DNA of 46,501 nt, from contig RFRL01000003.1 of NCBI GenBank assembly GCA_009924545.1, positions 1 to 46,501 on the forward strand. Direction: 5' to 3'. The translations under genes were made by a program, and so were the position numbers. Source of the DNA: Planctomycetia bacterium. Its GTDB lineage: Bacteria > Planctomycetota > Planctomycetia > Pirellulales > UBA1268. Shown here piece after piece: positions 25,159 to 32,875 of this stretch (positions are counted from its first letter, which is position 1; every line of letters starts with the position of its first letter). The notes beneath the pieces were generated by a model. That model searched no databases and was not told where the DNA came from. It was given only the letters and a program-made list of their open reading frames with translations.

Positions 25159-25241
25159 GGAGGGTAAGCGAATTGGCCAGCGGTCTGACTCGAAATCAGA
25201 TGCCCCGAAAGGGGTTGCGGGTTCGAATCCCGTGCCCTCCG
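25159..25241 (+). tRNA. tRNA-Ser, anticodon CGA
   Basis: Acceptor stem GGAGGGT/GCCCTCC plus G discriminator; anticodon arm TCTGA-CT CGA AA-TCAGA; long variable arm GCCCC-GAAA-GGGGT; T arm GCGGG-TTCGAAT-CCCGT; CCA not encoded. Confidence 0.9.
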
Positions 25242-25267
25242 CTCTGAAAAACAAGGCGAAAACGACG

Positions 25268-25295
25268 AAAAGAGCCCCGGAAACGGGGCTTTTTT
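25268..25295. terminator. Bidirectional intrinsic terminator
   Basis: AAAAGAGCCCCG-GAAA-CGGGGCTTTTTT between the convergent tRNA and helicase genes. Confidence 0.85.
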
Positions 25296-25375
25296 CATGC
25301 GCCGATCTTCGTGGTCGCGCCGGTCGGCCGCGGGCATGATCGGCGCCCGGCCGCGCGGGAATGAGCTCCGCGACG

Positions 25376-28300
25376 TCAGCCCAGGGGCACGACCTGCCCC
25401 GAGCGCATGAAGACGAGCGTGGTCGTGACGTGGGCCTCGGGGATCCCCAGGAGACCGGCCACCGCCGCGCGGTACGACTCGAGCTGCGGGGCATAGAACG
25501 CCGTCTTCTCGCGGAGGATCCGCGGGTCGGGCGCCCCGCCCCCAGGCGCCGTACCCATGCCGTCAAACTTGAAGTCGATCACCTCGGCGGCCACCGGCCG
25601 ACCGTCACGGTGCCATTCCACCAGCCGGTCGATCACCCCTTGCACGACGCCTTCGTCGTCGGCGAGGGCGAAGGCCCGCTCCCGGCGCAGCACGGGCGTC
25701 GCCGGGCCGACCGGCACTCCGGCGCGCACCAGCCGCTCGGGCAGGATCGCCGCCGGTTCCGCCAGCACCGCCGCCACGGCGGGGGCGGCGCACATCGCGC
25801 GGAAGTCGGCGCGGAGCTTCGGAACCTGATCGGCCACGAGGGGATGCTCGCGCGCGATGCGCGCGAGCACCGTGTCGTCGGGGAGGATCGCCGGCCAGCC
25901 GACCTGCTCCACCCAGGCGTGGAGGAGCGTGCCCACCGCACGGGCCGTGAGCGAGCCGGCGTCGAGAAGGTCGGCGGCGGCGACGGCGCTGCCCCCTTCC
26001 TGTTCCGAGGGGGTGCGCTGCGCGGCACCGCGGCGGCGGCCACCCGCCGGTAGCGGCGCGAGGCGCACCAGCCCGTCGGCGGCGACCACCGGAGCCACCG
26101 GGGCGGCGGGGGAGGCCGACGCCGCCAGAGGCACGTGGTCGACGGCGGGATCGGCATGGTGGCCGGCGCCGAAGAGGATGGTGTCGGGCGTGCAGGGAAC
26201 GTCGGCTGCCAGGGTCGAGCGGAGGATGCCGGCCAGCGTCCGGGGAACGCCGCGCTCGGACCGCGCGGGGGCGATGACGATCTCCATCCCCTGGATGGCG
26301 CGAGTCAGGCCGACGTACAGGGTGGCGATCGATTCGCGGATGATCGGATCGGTCGCGCGGGCGTGGCACTCGGGCCACGGCGGCGGGAGGAGCGGGGCGA
26401 AGTCCTGCGTGACCCCGGCGAGCAATCCGCGGATCGGCGGCAGGGCCCGGCCGGCTGCGGGAGGCCGATCGACGGTCACGCGCGGGTGGTGCGGGACGAG
26501 CGCCCGGTCGAGGTCGGTGAGGACGACGAGGTCGAACTCCAGCCCCTTCGCCTTGTGGATCGTCATCACGCGGATGGCCGCCGGCACGGGGTCGGCGACC
26601 TTTTCGGTGCGCACCCGGGCCACGAACGTGGCGGTGCGGACGAGGCCGTCGGTGCCGCCGACGTGGAGGTCGTGATCGCGGGCCATGGCGAGGAGTTGTT
26701 CCAGCCGGCGCCGGTCGCGGGCCGAGCCGGCGGGCCCGACGACCCCGGCCCACGCGCCGAGCACCGCCGCGTAGCCCTCGTCGACGAGCCGGCGCCGGAT
26801 CCGGTCGAGCGCGGCGCGGCACGCGGCGGGGGGCTCCGCGGCCACGCTGGCCGCGGCTTCGAGCCCGAAGGCCTCCGCCAGCGGGGAGGTGGCCAGATGG
26901 AACCGGGCGATGCCGTCGGCCGGGTGGTCGACGAGGGTCAGGCCCGAGAGCAGGAGCTCCACGGCGGGTGAATCGGGCAGTGGCTGGCCCCCTTCGGCGC
27001 TGGCGGCGATCCCCTGGCCCTTGAGTCGGGCGATGACGCGCTCGGCGCCGGCGTTGGTGCGCACGAGCACCGCGACCGACCGGCCGGGGTTGGCTGCGGC
27101 CAGCGCCGCGGCCCGGTCGGCCGCGTGGTTGAGGATCACCCGCCGTGCTGCCGTCGTCCCCTCGGCCGCCGGACCGGTGCGGAGGCGGACCCAGCCGGGC
27201 AGGTCGCGGTTGCGCGGCGCGGCGATGTGGTGCTGGAAGACCGCGTTCCACCCGGCCACCACCGCACCCGAGTCGGCGAGTTGCGGGCAGGCGGCCAGGC
27301 TGCCGCAGACGGTGTTCACCACGTCGAGCACTGCGGGGCTCGATCGCCAGCTCTGGTGGAGTGGGAATTCGCGGAGTGGCACCGGCCCGGATGCGAAGAA
27401 GGTTCCCAGGGCGTCGAACAACCCGGCTTCACCGCCCCGCCAGCCGTAGATGGCCTGCTTCGTGTCGCCGACGGCGAAGAACGTGCCGCCGGAGGTGACG
27501 GTGTGTTCGGCGAGTCGTTCGAGCACGCGCCACTGGCCCAGCGACGTGTCCTGGAACTCGTCGAGGAGGAGATGCTTCGCGAAGGGAATGCCGCGCCAGC
27601 GGGCGGCATCGAGGGTGCCGTCGGCGGCGGCGTCACCGACCAAGCGGGTGACGTCGTCGAACGACACGATCCCTGCCGCCCGGGAGATTCTGTCGAGCGT
27701 GGCGGCATGGCGGTCGAGCAACTCGCGGATGGCCCGGGTCTGGTCGGCGATGCGCTGGTGGATCGCCGTCCGGGCGACCGCGATGAGCACCTCGTAGCCG
27801 GCCACGACGGCCGGGGGGAGCGGTTTGCGGGCGAAGGTCGGCTCCCCGGCGAGCACCTTGGGGGCGATTCCCTTGGCGAGGAACTCCTTCCACAGACCGG
27901 CCGTGAAGTTGGCCAGACCCTGGTCGCGGGCCTTGGTGGTGGTGTCGTTGGCACAGTCGGCGGCGCCGATCGTGGCTACCGCGGCCGCGACCTCGGCATC
28001 GGTCGGGCGGCGCGGCACGGGGAGCCGGTCCCAGGCGGTGGGGTCGGCCTGCCGGTGGAGCGATGCGAGGTCGGTGATGATGTCGGTGACCGCCTCCTCC
28101 AGGCCGCGCCCGGTCTTGCCGCCGGTCACCTGCACCAGGAGCGTGGCCATCGTCGCGGCGGTCGCCGTGGAGCCGTCGCCGAGGGCGGCATGGATCGCGC
28201 GGCGGCGCTGCGCGGCGAGCTCCGACTCGCTCCCCACCATCCAGCCGTCGGGTAGCCCCAGTTCGTAGCGCGCCGCATCGGCCGCCGCCACGAAGAAGGC

Positions 28301-28654
28301 GTCGAGGGTGCCCACCGCCACGCGGCCAAGCGAGCGCGTGAGGGTGGCGAGGAGCGTGCGGAACGTGGCAGCCGTGGCCCCCGGGGCACCGATGTCCGAG
28401 GCCAGCGTCGCCGTGGCGCCCGGGAGAGCGGGATCGGCGGCATCCGCGAGGCGGCGCAGCACCCGCGCGAGAATCTCCCCGGCTGCCTTGCGGGCGAAGG
28501 TCGCGGCGAAGATCTCCTCCGGCGGCGTACCGTCGGCGAGGAGAGTGATGAGCCGGGTGGAGAGGGCATGGGTCTTGCCCGTGCCGGCGCTGGCCCGCAC
28601 CGCCACGAAGCGGTTCGTCGCCCCGTTTCCCGTCAGTGCCGCCGATCCGCTCAT
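25376..28654 (-). CDS. addA: AddA/RecB-like UvrD-family helicase-nuclease
   Basis: ASAGTGKT, ATFARKAAGEI, LLLDEFQDT, VGDTKQAIYGWRG, SWRS, MTIHKAKGLEF, LYVGLTRA; C-terminal nuclease motifs GVIDRL..VIDFK..QLESY; ATGA overlap with the upstream gene. Confidence 0.85.
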   Translation of the reverse strand: MSGSAALTGNGATNRFVAVRASAGTGKTHALSTRLITLLADGTPPEEIFAATFARKAAGEILARVLRRLADAADPALPGATATLASDIGAPGATAATFRTLLATLTRSLGRVAVGTLDAFFVAAADAARYELGLPDGWMVGSESELAAQRRRAIHAALGDGSTATAATMATLLVQVTGGKTGRGLEEAVTDIITDLASLHRQADPTAWDRLPVPRRPTDAEVAAAVATIGAADCANDTTTKARDQGLANFTAGLWKEFLAKGIAPKVLAGEPTFARKPLPPAVVAGYEVLIAVARTAIHQRIADQTRAIRELLDRHAATLDRISRAAGIVSFDDVTRLVGDAAADGTLDAARWRGIPFAKHLLLDEFQDTSLGQWRVLERLAEHTVTSGGTFFAVGDTKQAIYGWRGGEAGLFDALGTFFASGPVPLREFPLHQSWRSSPAVLDVVNTVCGSLAACPQLADSGAVVAGWNAVFQHHIAAPRNRDLPGWVRLRTGPAAEGTTAARRVILNHAADRAAALAAANPGRSVAVLVRTNAGAERVIARLKGQGIAASAEGGQPLPDSPAVELLLSGLTLVDHPADGIARFHLATSPLAEAFGLEAAASVAAEPPAACRAALDRIRRRLVDEGYAAVLGAWAGVVGPAGSARDRRRLEQLLAMARDHDLHVGGTDGLVRTATFVARVRTEKVADPVPAAIRVMTIHKAKGLEFDLVVLTDLDRALVPHHPRVTVDRPPAAGRALPPIRGLLAGVTQDFAPLLPPPWPECHARATDPIIRESIATLYVGLTRAIQGMEIVIAPARSERGVPRTLAGILRSTLAADVPCTPDTILFGAGHHADPAVDHVPLAASASPAAPVAPVVAADGLVRLAPLPAGGRRRGAAQRTPSEQEGGSAVAAADLLDAGSLTARAVGTLLHAWVEQVGWPAILPDDTVLARIAREHPLVADQVPKLRADFRAMCAAPAVAAVLAEPAAILPERLVRAGVPVGPATPVLRRERAFALADDEGVVQGVIDRLVEWHRDGRPVAAEVIDFKFDGMGTAPGGGAPDPRILREKTAFYAPQLESYRAAVAGLLGIPEAHVTTTLVFMRSGQVVPLG

Positions 28655-31600
28655 GCCGCCTCCCCGTCTTCTTCGTCGTCGCCGTCGAGGATCGCGTGCG
28701 TCTGGCAGATCGCGTCGAACTCGGGAAACGACCGGGCAGCCTCGGTGACGGGGGGCCAGAAAACGCCCGCGCGGATCCCGCGGACCACCGCGCGGGCCTT
28801 CTCGATCGCCGCGGCGTGATCGGCGGCGGTCCACTCGGCGAGGCGCACCCCGGTGTCCTCCGTCCGGGCCGGGAGGTTGAAATACCCGACCCGCACCTGC
28901 TCCGTGTCGGCGGCGGCCGCGAGGCCGGGAATCCCGGCGTGCGGGGCGAGGAGCCGGTAGAGCGGCAACTGGAGATCGGCCCACTCACCACGCACGAGGT
29001 GGATTCGGTCCGGGGATTTCCCCTGGGCCGACGTTTTGTAGTCGAGGATCTCCCACGCTCCGCTGCCGGGATGGTGATCGACGCGATCGAACCGGGCCGC
29101 CAGCCGCGCGGGCACGCCATCGACGTCGAGGTGATCGCCGCCGACGTCGAGTTCCGCAGCCACGATCCGCCAGCCGGCGGCGGCCCGGTCGGCCTGCACG
29201 GCGGCGAACCGGATCAGCCGGCGGCGGGCGAGGGCCGCCTGGATCCGCACCGCCGGCAGCGCGGCGGGGCCGTAGCGGGCGGCCACCATGCCGTCGAGAA
29301 GGGAGGTGAGGGCGGCAGCGATCGCGTCGGCGTCGGTCGACGATGCCAGCGCCGCGTCGGTGGCGAACCGCTCCAAACAGTGATGCACCAGCGTGCCGAA
29401 ATCGGCGGGGCCGAGTTCGAGGTGGGCGTCGGTGGCGGACGCCAGCCGGAGCCGGTGCCGCAGCCACCACCGGTAGGGGCAGGCGAGGTAGTCGCGGAAG
29501 GCGGTCACGCGGAGCACGAGTGGTCGCTCGGGGAGGAAGGGGGCGACACTGTCGGGAGTGGGCACCGGCAGCCGGGTCGCGACGCTCGGCGTTGCGCTCG
29601 CGGCCCCGGTGGGAAGCGGCGCCGCACACAGCCGCCGGACGGTGTCCACGAGGTCGCTCTCCGGTCGACGGAACAGCAGGCGGCTGGGGACGGCCACCGC
29701 GCCATCGACCCGGTGCCGGGGCACGACCACCAGGAGGGCCGCGCGGCAGGTCGCCGCCAGCCCCAGGCTCCAGGCGTCACGGGCCGCGGTCCGGCCGGTG
29801 TCGGGCAGGCCGAGCGCCTGGCGGAGCGGATCGGGGAGGAGCGGATCGCGCCCCGCCCCACCCGGCAGCACCCCTTCCACGGCGCTCGTCACGGCCAGCG
29901 CCGGCGCATCGTCGAGCGCCACCTCGAGCCAGCCCACGATGGGGATCGCCCCCGGATCGGGCAGCGGGGGCACCACGCGCCGCCCCCACCCGGAGAGCAG
30001 CAGTCGCGCCAGGCCGGCCGCCCCCGCTGCGGCGGCCAGCTCGTCGGGCAACGTCTCCATCTCGGCGAGCGCCTCCCCCAGCGACTCGAGTGCCACCACG
30101 ACCGTCCGTTCCGCGTCTGCGTTGCGGTCGAAGACGTGCGCGCCAAGCGCATCGCGCATCACCCCGCGCACCGCCGCGACCCAGGCCGCGGCCCGGCCGG
30201 TGGCCGGCCTGCCCGTGGAGGGCTTCCGCGGCACCCGTTTGGCGATCGCTCCACTCGCCGTTCCGAGGCCGGCGAGCCAAGTGTCGGCGGCTTCGAGGAG
30301 GGCGAGGAACCGACCCGCGTCGGTGTCGTCACGGGTCCCGCCGGCGGCACTGGCATCAAGGTCGGCGGCCCGCGCCAGCAGGTCCCGGTCGATCCCCAGC
30401 GGCAGATGACGGGCGGCCACGGCGTCGGCCACGGCGGCCGGCAGCGCCACCCCCGTACGCGATCCGAGCAGGTGCGCCGCATCGGGGCAGCGGAGGAGCT
30501 GGGCGAAGGAGGCGAAGTCGCCCCGGGCGACCCAGTCGAAGATGGCGTCGAGCAACTGCCACGGCGTCGAGCGTTGCACCGGACGGCCACCCGCGGCCCG
30601 GCCGGAGAGCCCCAACGACCGGAGCCGCTCCTCCAGGTCGGGGATCAGCGCGGCGTCGGGGGCCGCGATCGTGATCTCGTCGGCGGCGTAACGCCCGTCG
30701 AGATCCCGGAGCCACGCGACGACGGCGTCGGCCTGCCCCGCCGCATCCTCCACGACCACCATCCGCTCGAGTGCGATCGGGAGCGGCACCGACTCCCACG
30801 CCGCGGGCACGATGCAGCCGAAGTCGTCGAAGGCGGCGTCGACGTCGGCGGCGCTCATCGTGGGTGGCGCGGCGACGAGGGCATCGCAGCCCTCTGGCAG
30901 GGCGGCCAGCAGGCTCCGTTGCAGCGGGTCGAGATCGACGGTGGCGACCAGCACGATCCGCCGGTCGCAGCGCACCTCGTGGTTCTCCAGTGCCCTCCGC
31001 CGCGCGGTCTGCCGGTCCCAGCGGTCGAGGGCGTGGAGCCGTGCCAGGTACTTTTCCTCGAGTCGGGCGAGGGCCTGCCAGCGATCGTGGTCGCCGAAGG
31101 CGGGGAGTTTGGCCTCGGCGGCCATGGCAAAACCGCTGAACCCCAAGCCATGGGCCGCCAGTTCACGGTGCAGGGAAACGATCCCCGCCGCCGTGTCGAT
31201 CAGCCGCTCACCCGACGGTTCGGCCGTCGTGGGGTCGTCGAGGCCGGGGGCGAGGAGGGCCCGGTCGTGCGGCTTGGCCGTGGCGATCGCGCCGGCCCAG
31301 CAGAGGGTTTCAAGGAGGGTGTCGGTGAGGGGTTTGACTGGCGTGTAGAAGAACTCCGGCAGCTCGCCGGGCGTGGTCATGCGCGGCGGCACGAGCGTGA
31401 GCCGGCGGCAGGCCGCTTCCGCGATCAACAGTTCCACGAGGCGCTGGCCGGCGGCCCGGCCCGGGAGGACCACGAGATACCCAGACAAGTCGGCGCTGCC
31501 CGCCGCGGCGGAGCGCTCGCCGGCGGGGCGGCTCCCTGGGGCCGGGGCGTTCCTCACGGTGGCGTCGTTCGCGGTGGCAGCTTCGAGGAGCCACGCGGCC

Positions 31601-31701
31601 GCGGCCCGGAGGACTCCCGTGGCGGTGTCGAGGCGGTGCCTCCGGCAGGCGCCGCCGGGGGGAGACTCCGTGGGGGGCGCGGCGGCGTTTTCGGCGGCCA
31701 T
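28651..31701 (-). CDS. addB: AddB-like inactivated-helicase / PD-(D/E)XK nuclease subunit
   Basis: VVLPGRAAGQRL N-terminus, PSRLL, DYLACPYRW, FGTLVH, RFDRVD..ILDYKT..LQLPLY; translationally coupled to the AddA-like gene. Confidence 0.75.
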   Translation of the reverse strand: MAAENAAAPPTESPPGGACRRHRLDTATGVLRAAAAWLLEAATANDATVRNAPAPGSRPAGERSAAAGSADLSGYLVVLPGRAAGQRLVELLIAEAACRRLTLVPPRMTTPGELPEFFYTPVKPLTDTLLETLCWAGAIATAKPHDRALLAPGLDDPTTAEPSGERLIDTAAGIVSLHRELAAHGLGFSGFAMAAEAKLPAFGDHDRWQALARLEEKYLARLHALDRWDRQTARRRALENHEVRCDRRIVLVATVDLDPLQRSLLAALPEGCDALVAAPPTMSAADVDAAFDDFGCIVPAAWESVPLPIALERMVVVEDAAGQADAVVAWLRDLDGRYAADEITIAAPDAALIPDLEERLRSLGLSGRAAGGRPVQRSTPWQLLDAIFDWVARGDFASFAQLLRCPDAAHLLGSRTGVALPAAVADAVAARHLPLGIDRDLLARAADLDASAAGGTRDDTDAGRFLALLEAADTWLAGLGTASGAIAKRVPRKPSTGRPATGRAAAWVAAVRGVMRDALGAHVFDRNADAERTVVVALESLGEALAEMETLPDELAAAAGAAGLARLLLSGWGRRVVPPLPDPGAIPIVGWLEVALDDAPALAVTSAVEGVLPGGAGRDPLLPDPLRQALGLPDTGRTAARDAWSLGLAATCRAALLVVVPRHRVDGAVAVPSRLLFRRPESDLVDTVRRLCAAPLPTGAASATPSVATRLPVPTPDSVAPFLPERPLVLRVTAFRDYLACPYRWWLRHRLRLASATDAHLELGPADFGTLVHHCLERFATDAALASSTDADAIAAALTSLLDGMVAARYGPAALPAVRIQAALARRRLIRFAAVQADRAAAGWRIVAAELDVGGDHLDVDGVPARLAARFDRVDHHPGSGAWEILDYKTSAQGKSPDRIHLVRGEWADLQLPLYRLLAPHAGIPGLAAAADTEQVRVGYFNLPARTEDTGVRLAEWTAADHAAAIEKARAVVRGIRAGVFWPPVTEAARSFPEFDAICQTHAILDGDDEEDGEAA

Positions 31702-31749
31702 GGATCCTTCCAGCCGGGGTGTGGACGGGAGTATAGCGGCCCCCGGCGA

Positions 31750-32709
31750 TCACGCCGGCACAAGCGCTGCGATCGCCTCCCCTTCGTCGGGCAGGAGCCG
31801 CAGGTCGGCCGCCGCGACCAGGTCGCCGAGCTGTCCGGGGCGGCGCGCGCCGACGATCGCCGCGGTCACTGCTGCATGCCCCAGCACCCAGGCCAGCGCC
31901 ATCGCGCCGACGGCGACGCCGCGGTCGGCAGCCCGCGATCGGAGGCGCTCGACGAACGCGAGATGGGCGGAGAACCGCGGTTCCTGGAAAAGGGGATTTT
32001 TCTCTTTCCGCCAGTCGTCGGCCGGCAGGTCGCGGAACCGCTCAGGCGACCAGCTGCCGGTGAGCAGGCCCGACGCCATCGGGGAGTAGGCGAGCACGCC
32101 CACGCCGTGGGCCTGGCACCACGGGAGGATCTCCCCCTCGATGTCGCGCCGCAGCAGCGAGTAGGGGGGCTGGAGCGAGGTGACCGGGGCGATCGCTGCG
32201 GCGCGCTCGAGCTGGGCGACGTTGAAATTGCTGACCCCGATCCACCCGACCTTGCCGGCGGCGCGGAGCCGGGCACATTCCGCCCACCCCTCTTCGATCT
32301 CGTCGTCGGGTTCGGGCCAGTGGATTTGGTACAGGTCGATGCGCTCCACGCCGAGGCGCCGCAGGCTCGCCTCGCACTCGGCGCGAATGCTCGCCGCCGT
32401 GAGCCGTTTGCCCACCTCGCGCCGGTCGTTCCACACGCGACCGCATTTGGTGAACAGCAGCGGCCGGCGCGATGCGGGCACCGCGGCCAGCGCCCGGCGA
32501 ATCACCTCCTCGGCATGGCCGAGCCCGTAGACCGGCGCCGTGTCGATCCAGTTGATCCCCAGGTCGAGGGCCTCGTGGATGGCGGCGATGCTGTCCGAAT
32601 CGTCCTGGTGGCCCCAGGCGAACGGCCAACCGGCCCCGCCGATGGCCCAGCTCCCGAAGCCGAGCGGGGTGATCATCAGGTCGGAGCTGCCGAGGCGCCG
32701 GGTGTGCAT
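31750..32709 (-). CDS. Aldo/keto reductase
   Basis: LGFGSWAIGG, GINWIDTAPVYGLG, FTKCG, SLRRLGVERIDLYQIHWP, IGVSNF, SLQPPYSLL, YSPMASGLLT. Confidence 0.95.
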   Translation of the reverse strand: MHTRRLGSSDLMITPLGFGSWAIGGAGWPFAWGHQDDSDSIAAIHEALDLGINWIDTAPVYGLGHAEEVIRRALAAVPASRRPLLFTKCGRVWNDRREVGKRLTAASIRAECEASLRRLGVERIDLYQIHWPEPDDEIEEGWAECARLRAAGKVGWIGVSNFNVAQLERAAAIAPVTSLQPPYSLLRRDIEGEILPWCQAHGVGVLAYSPMASGLLTGSWSPERFRDLPADDWRKEKNPLFQEPRFSAHLAFVERLRSRAADRGVAVGAMALAWVLGHAAVTAAIVGARRPGQLGDLVAAADLRLLPDEGEAIAALVPA

Positions 32710-32875
32710 GCATGTGCTCCGGGAACGATTGGGCCACTCGGGGGGTGAACGCCCGGGTGGCTGCGTCCCACCGGATGGCGGCCGCGCCACGGAGTGGCAT
32801 GACTATCATGGTGGCGGGGAATGACGCGCTGTCGAGTGGCGGCGGATTTCCCCACCGCCCACGGTAGGCCATGAT

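Noticed and set aside
8287-25241. PKS cluster as a tRNA-integrated genomic island
   Set aside because: The cluster lies 5' of the tRNA; no integrase and no duplicated tRNA 3' end were seen in the window.
25026-25566. Short ORFs overlapping the tRNA and terminator
   Set aside because: Translations of structured RNA sequence; not credible proteins.
28636-32748. 1370-aa plus-strand ORF, and similar long ORFs (32042..35716 -, 42489..45932 +, 150..2945 +, 11574..13844 -, 39122..41836 -)
   Set aside because: Antisense or off-frame shadows of motif-bearing genes. They are Arg/Gly/Pro-rich with no recognisable motifs, as expected from stop-codon scarcity in high-GC DNA.
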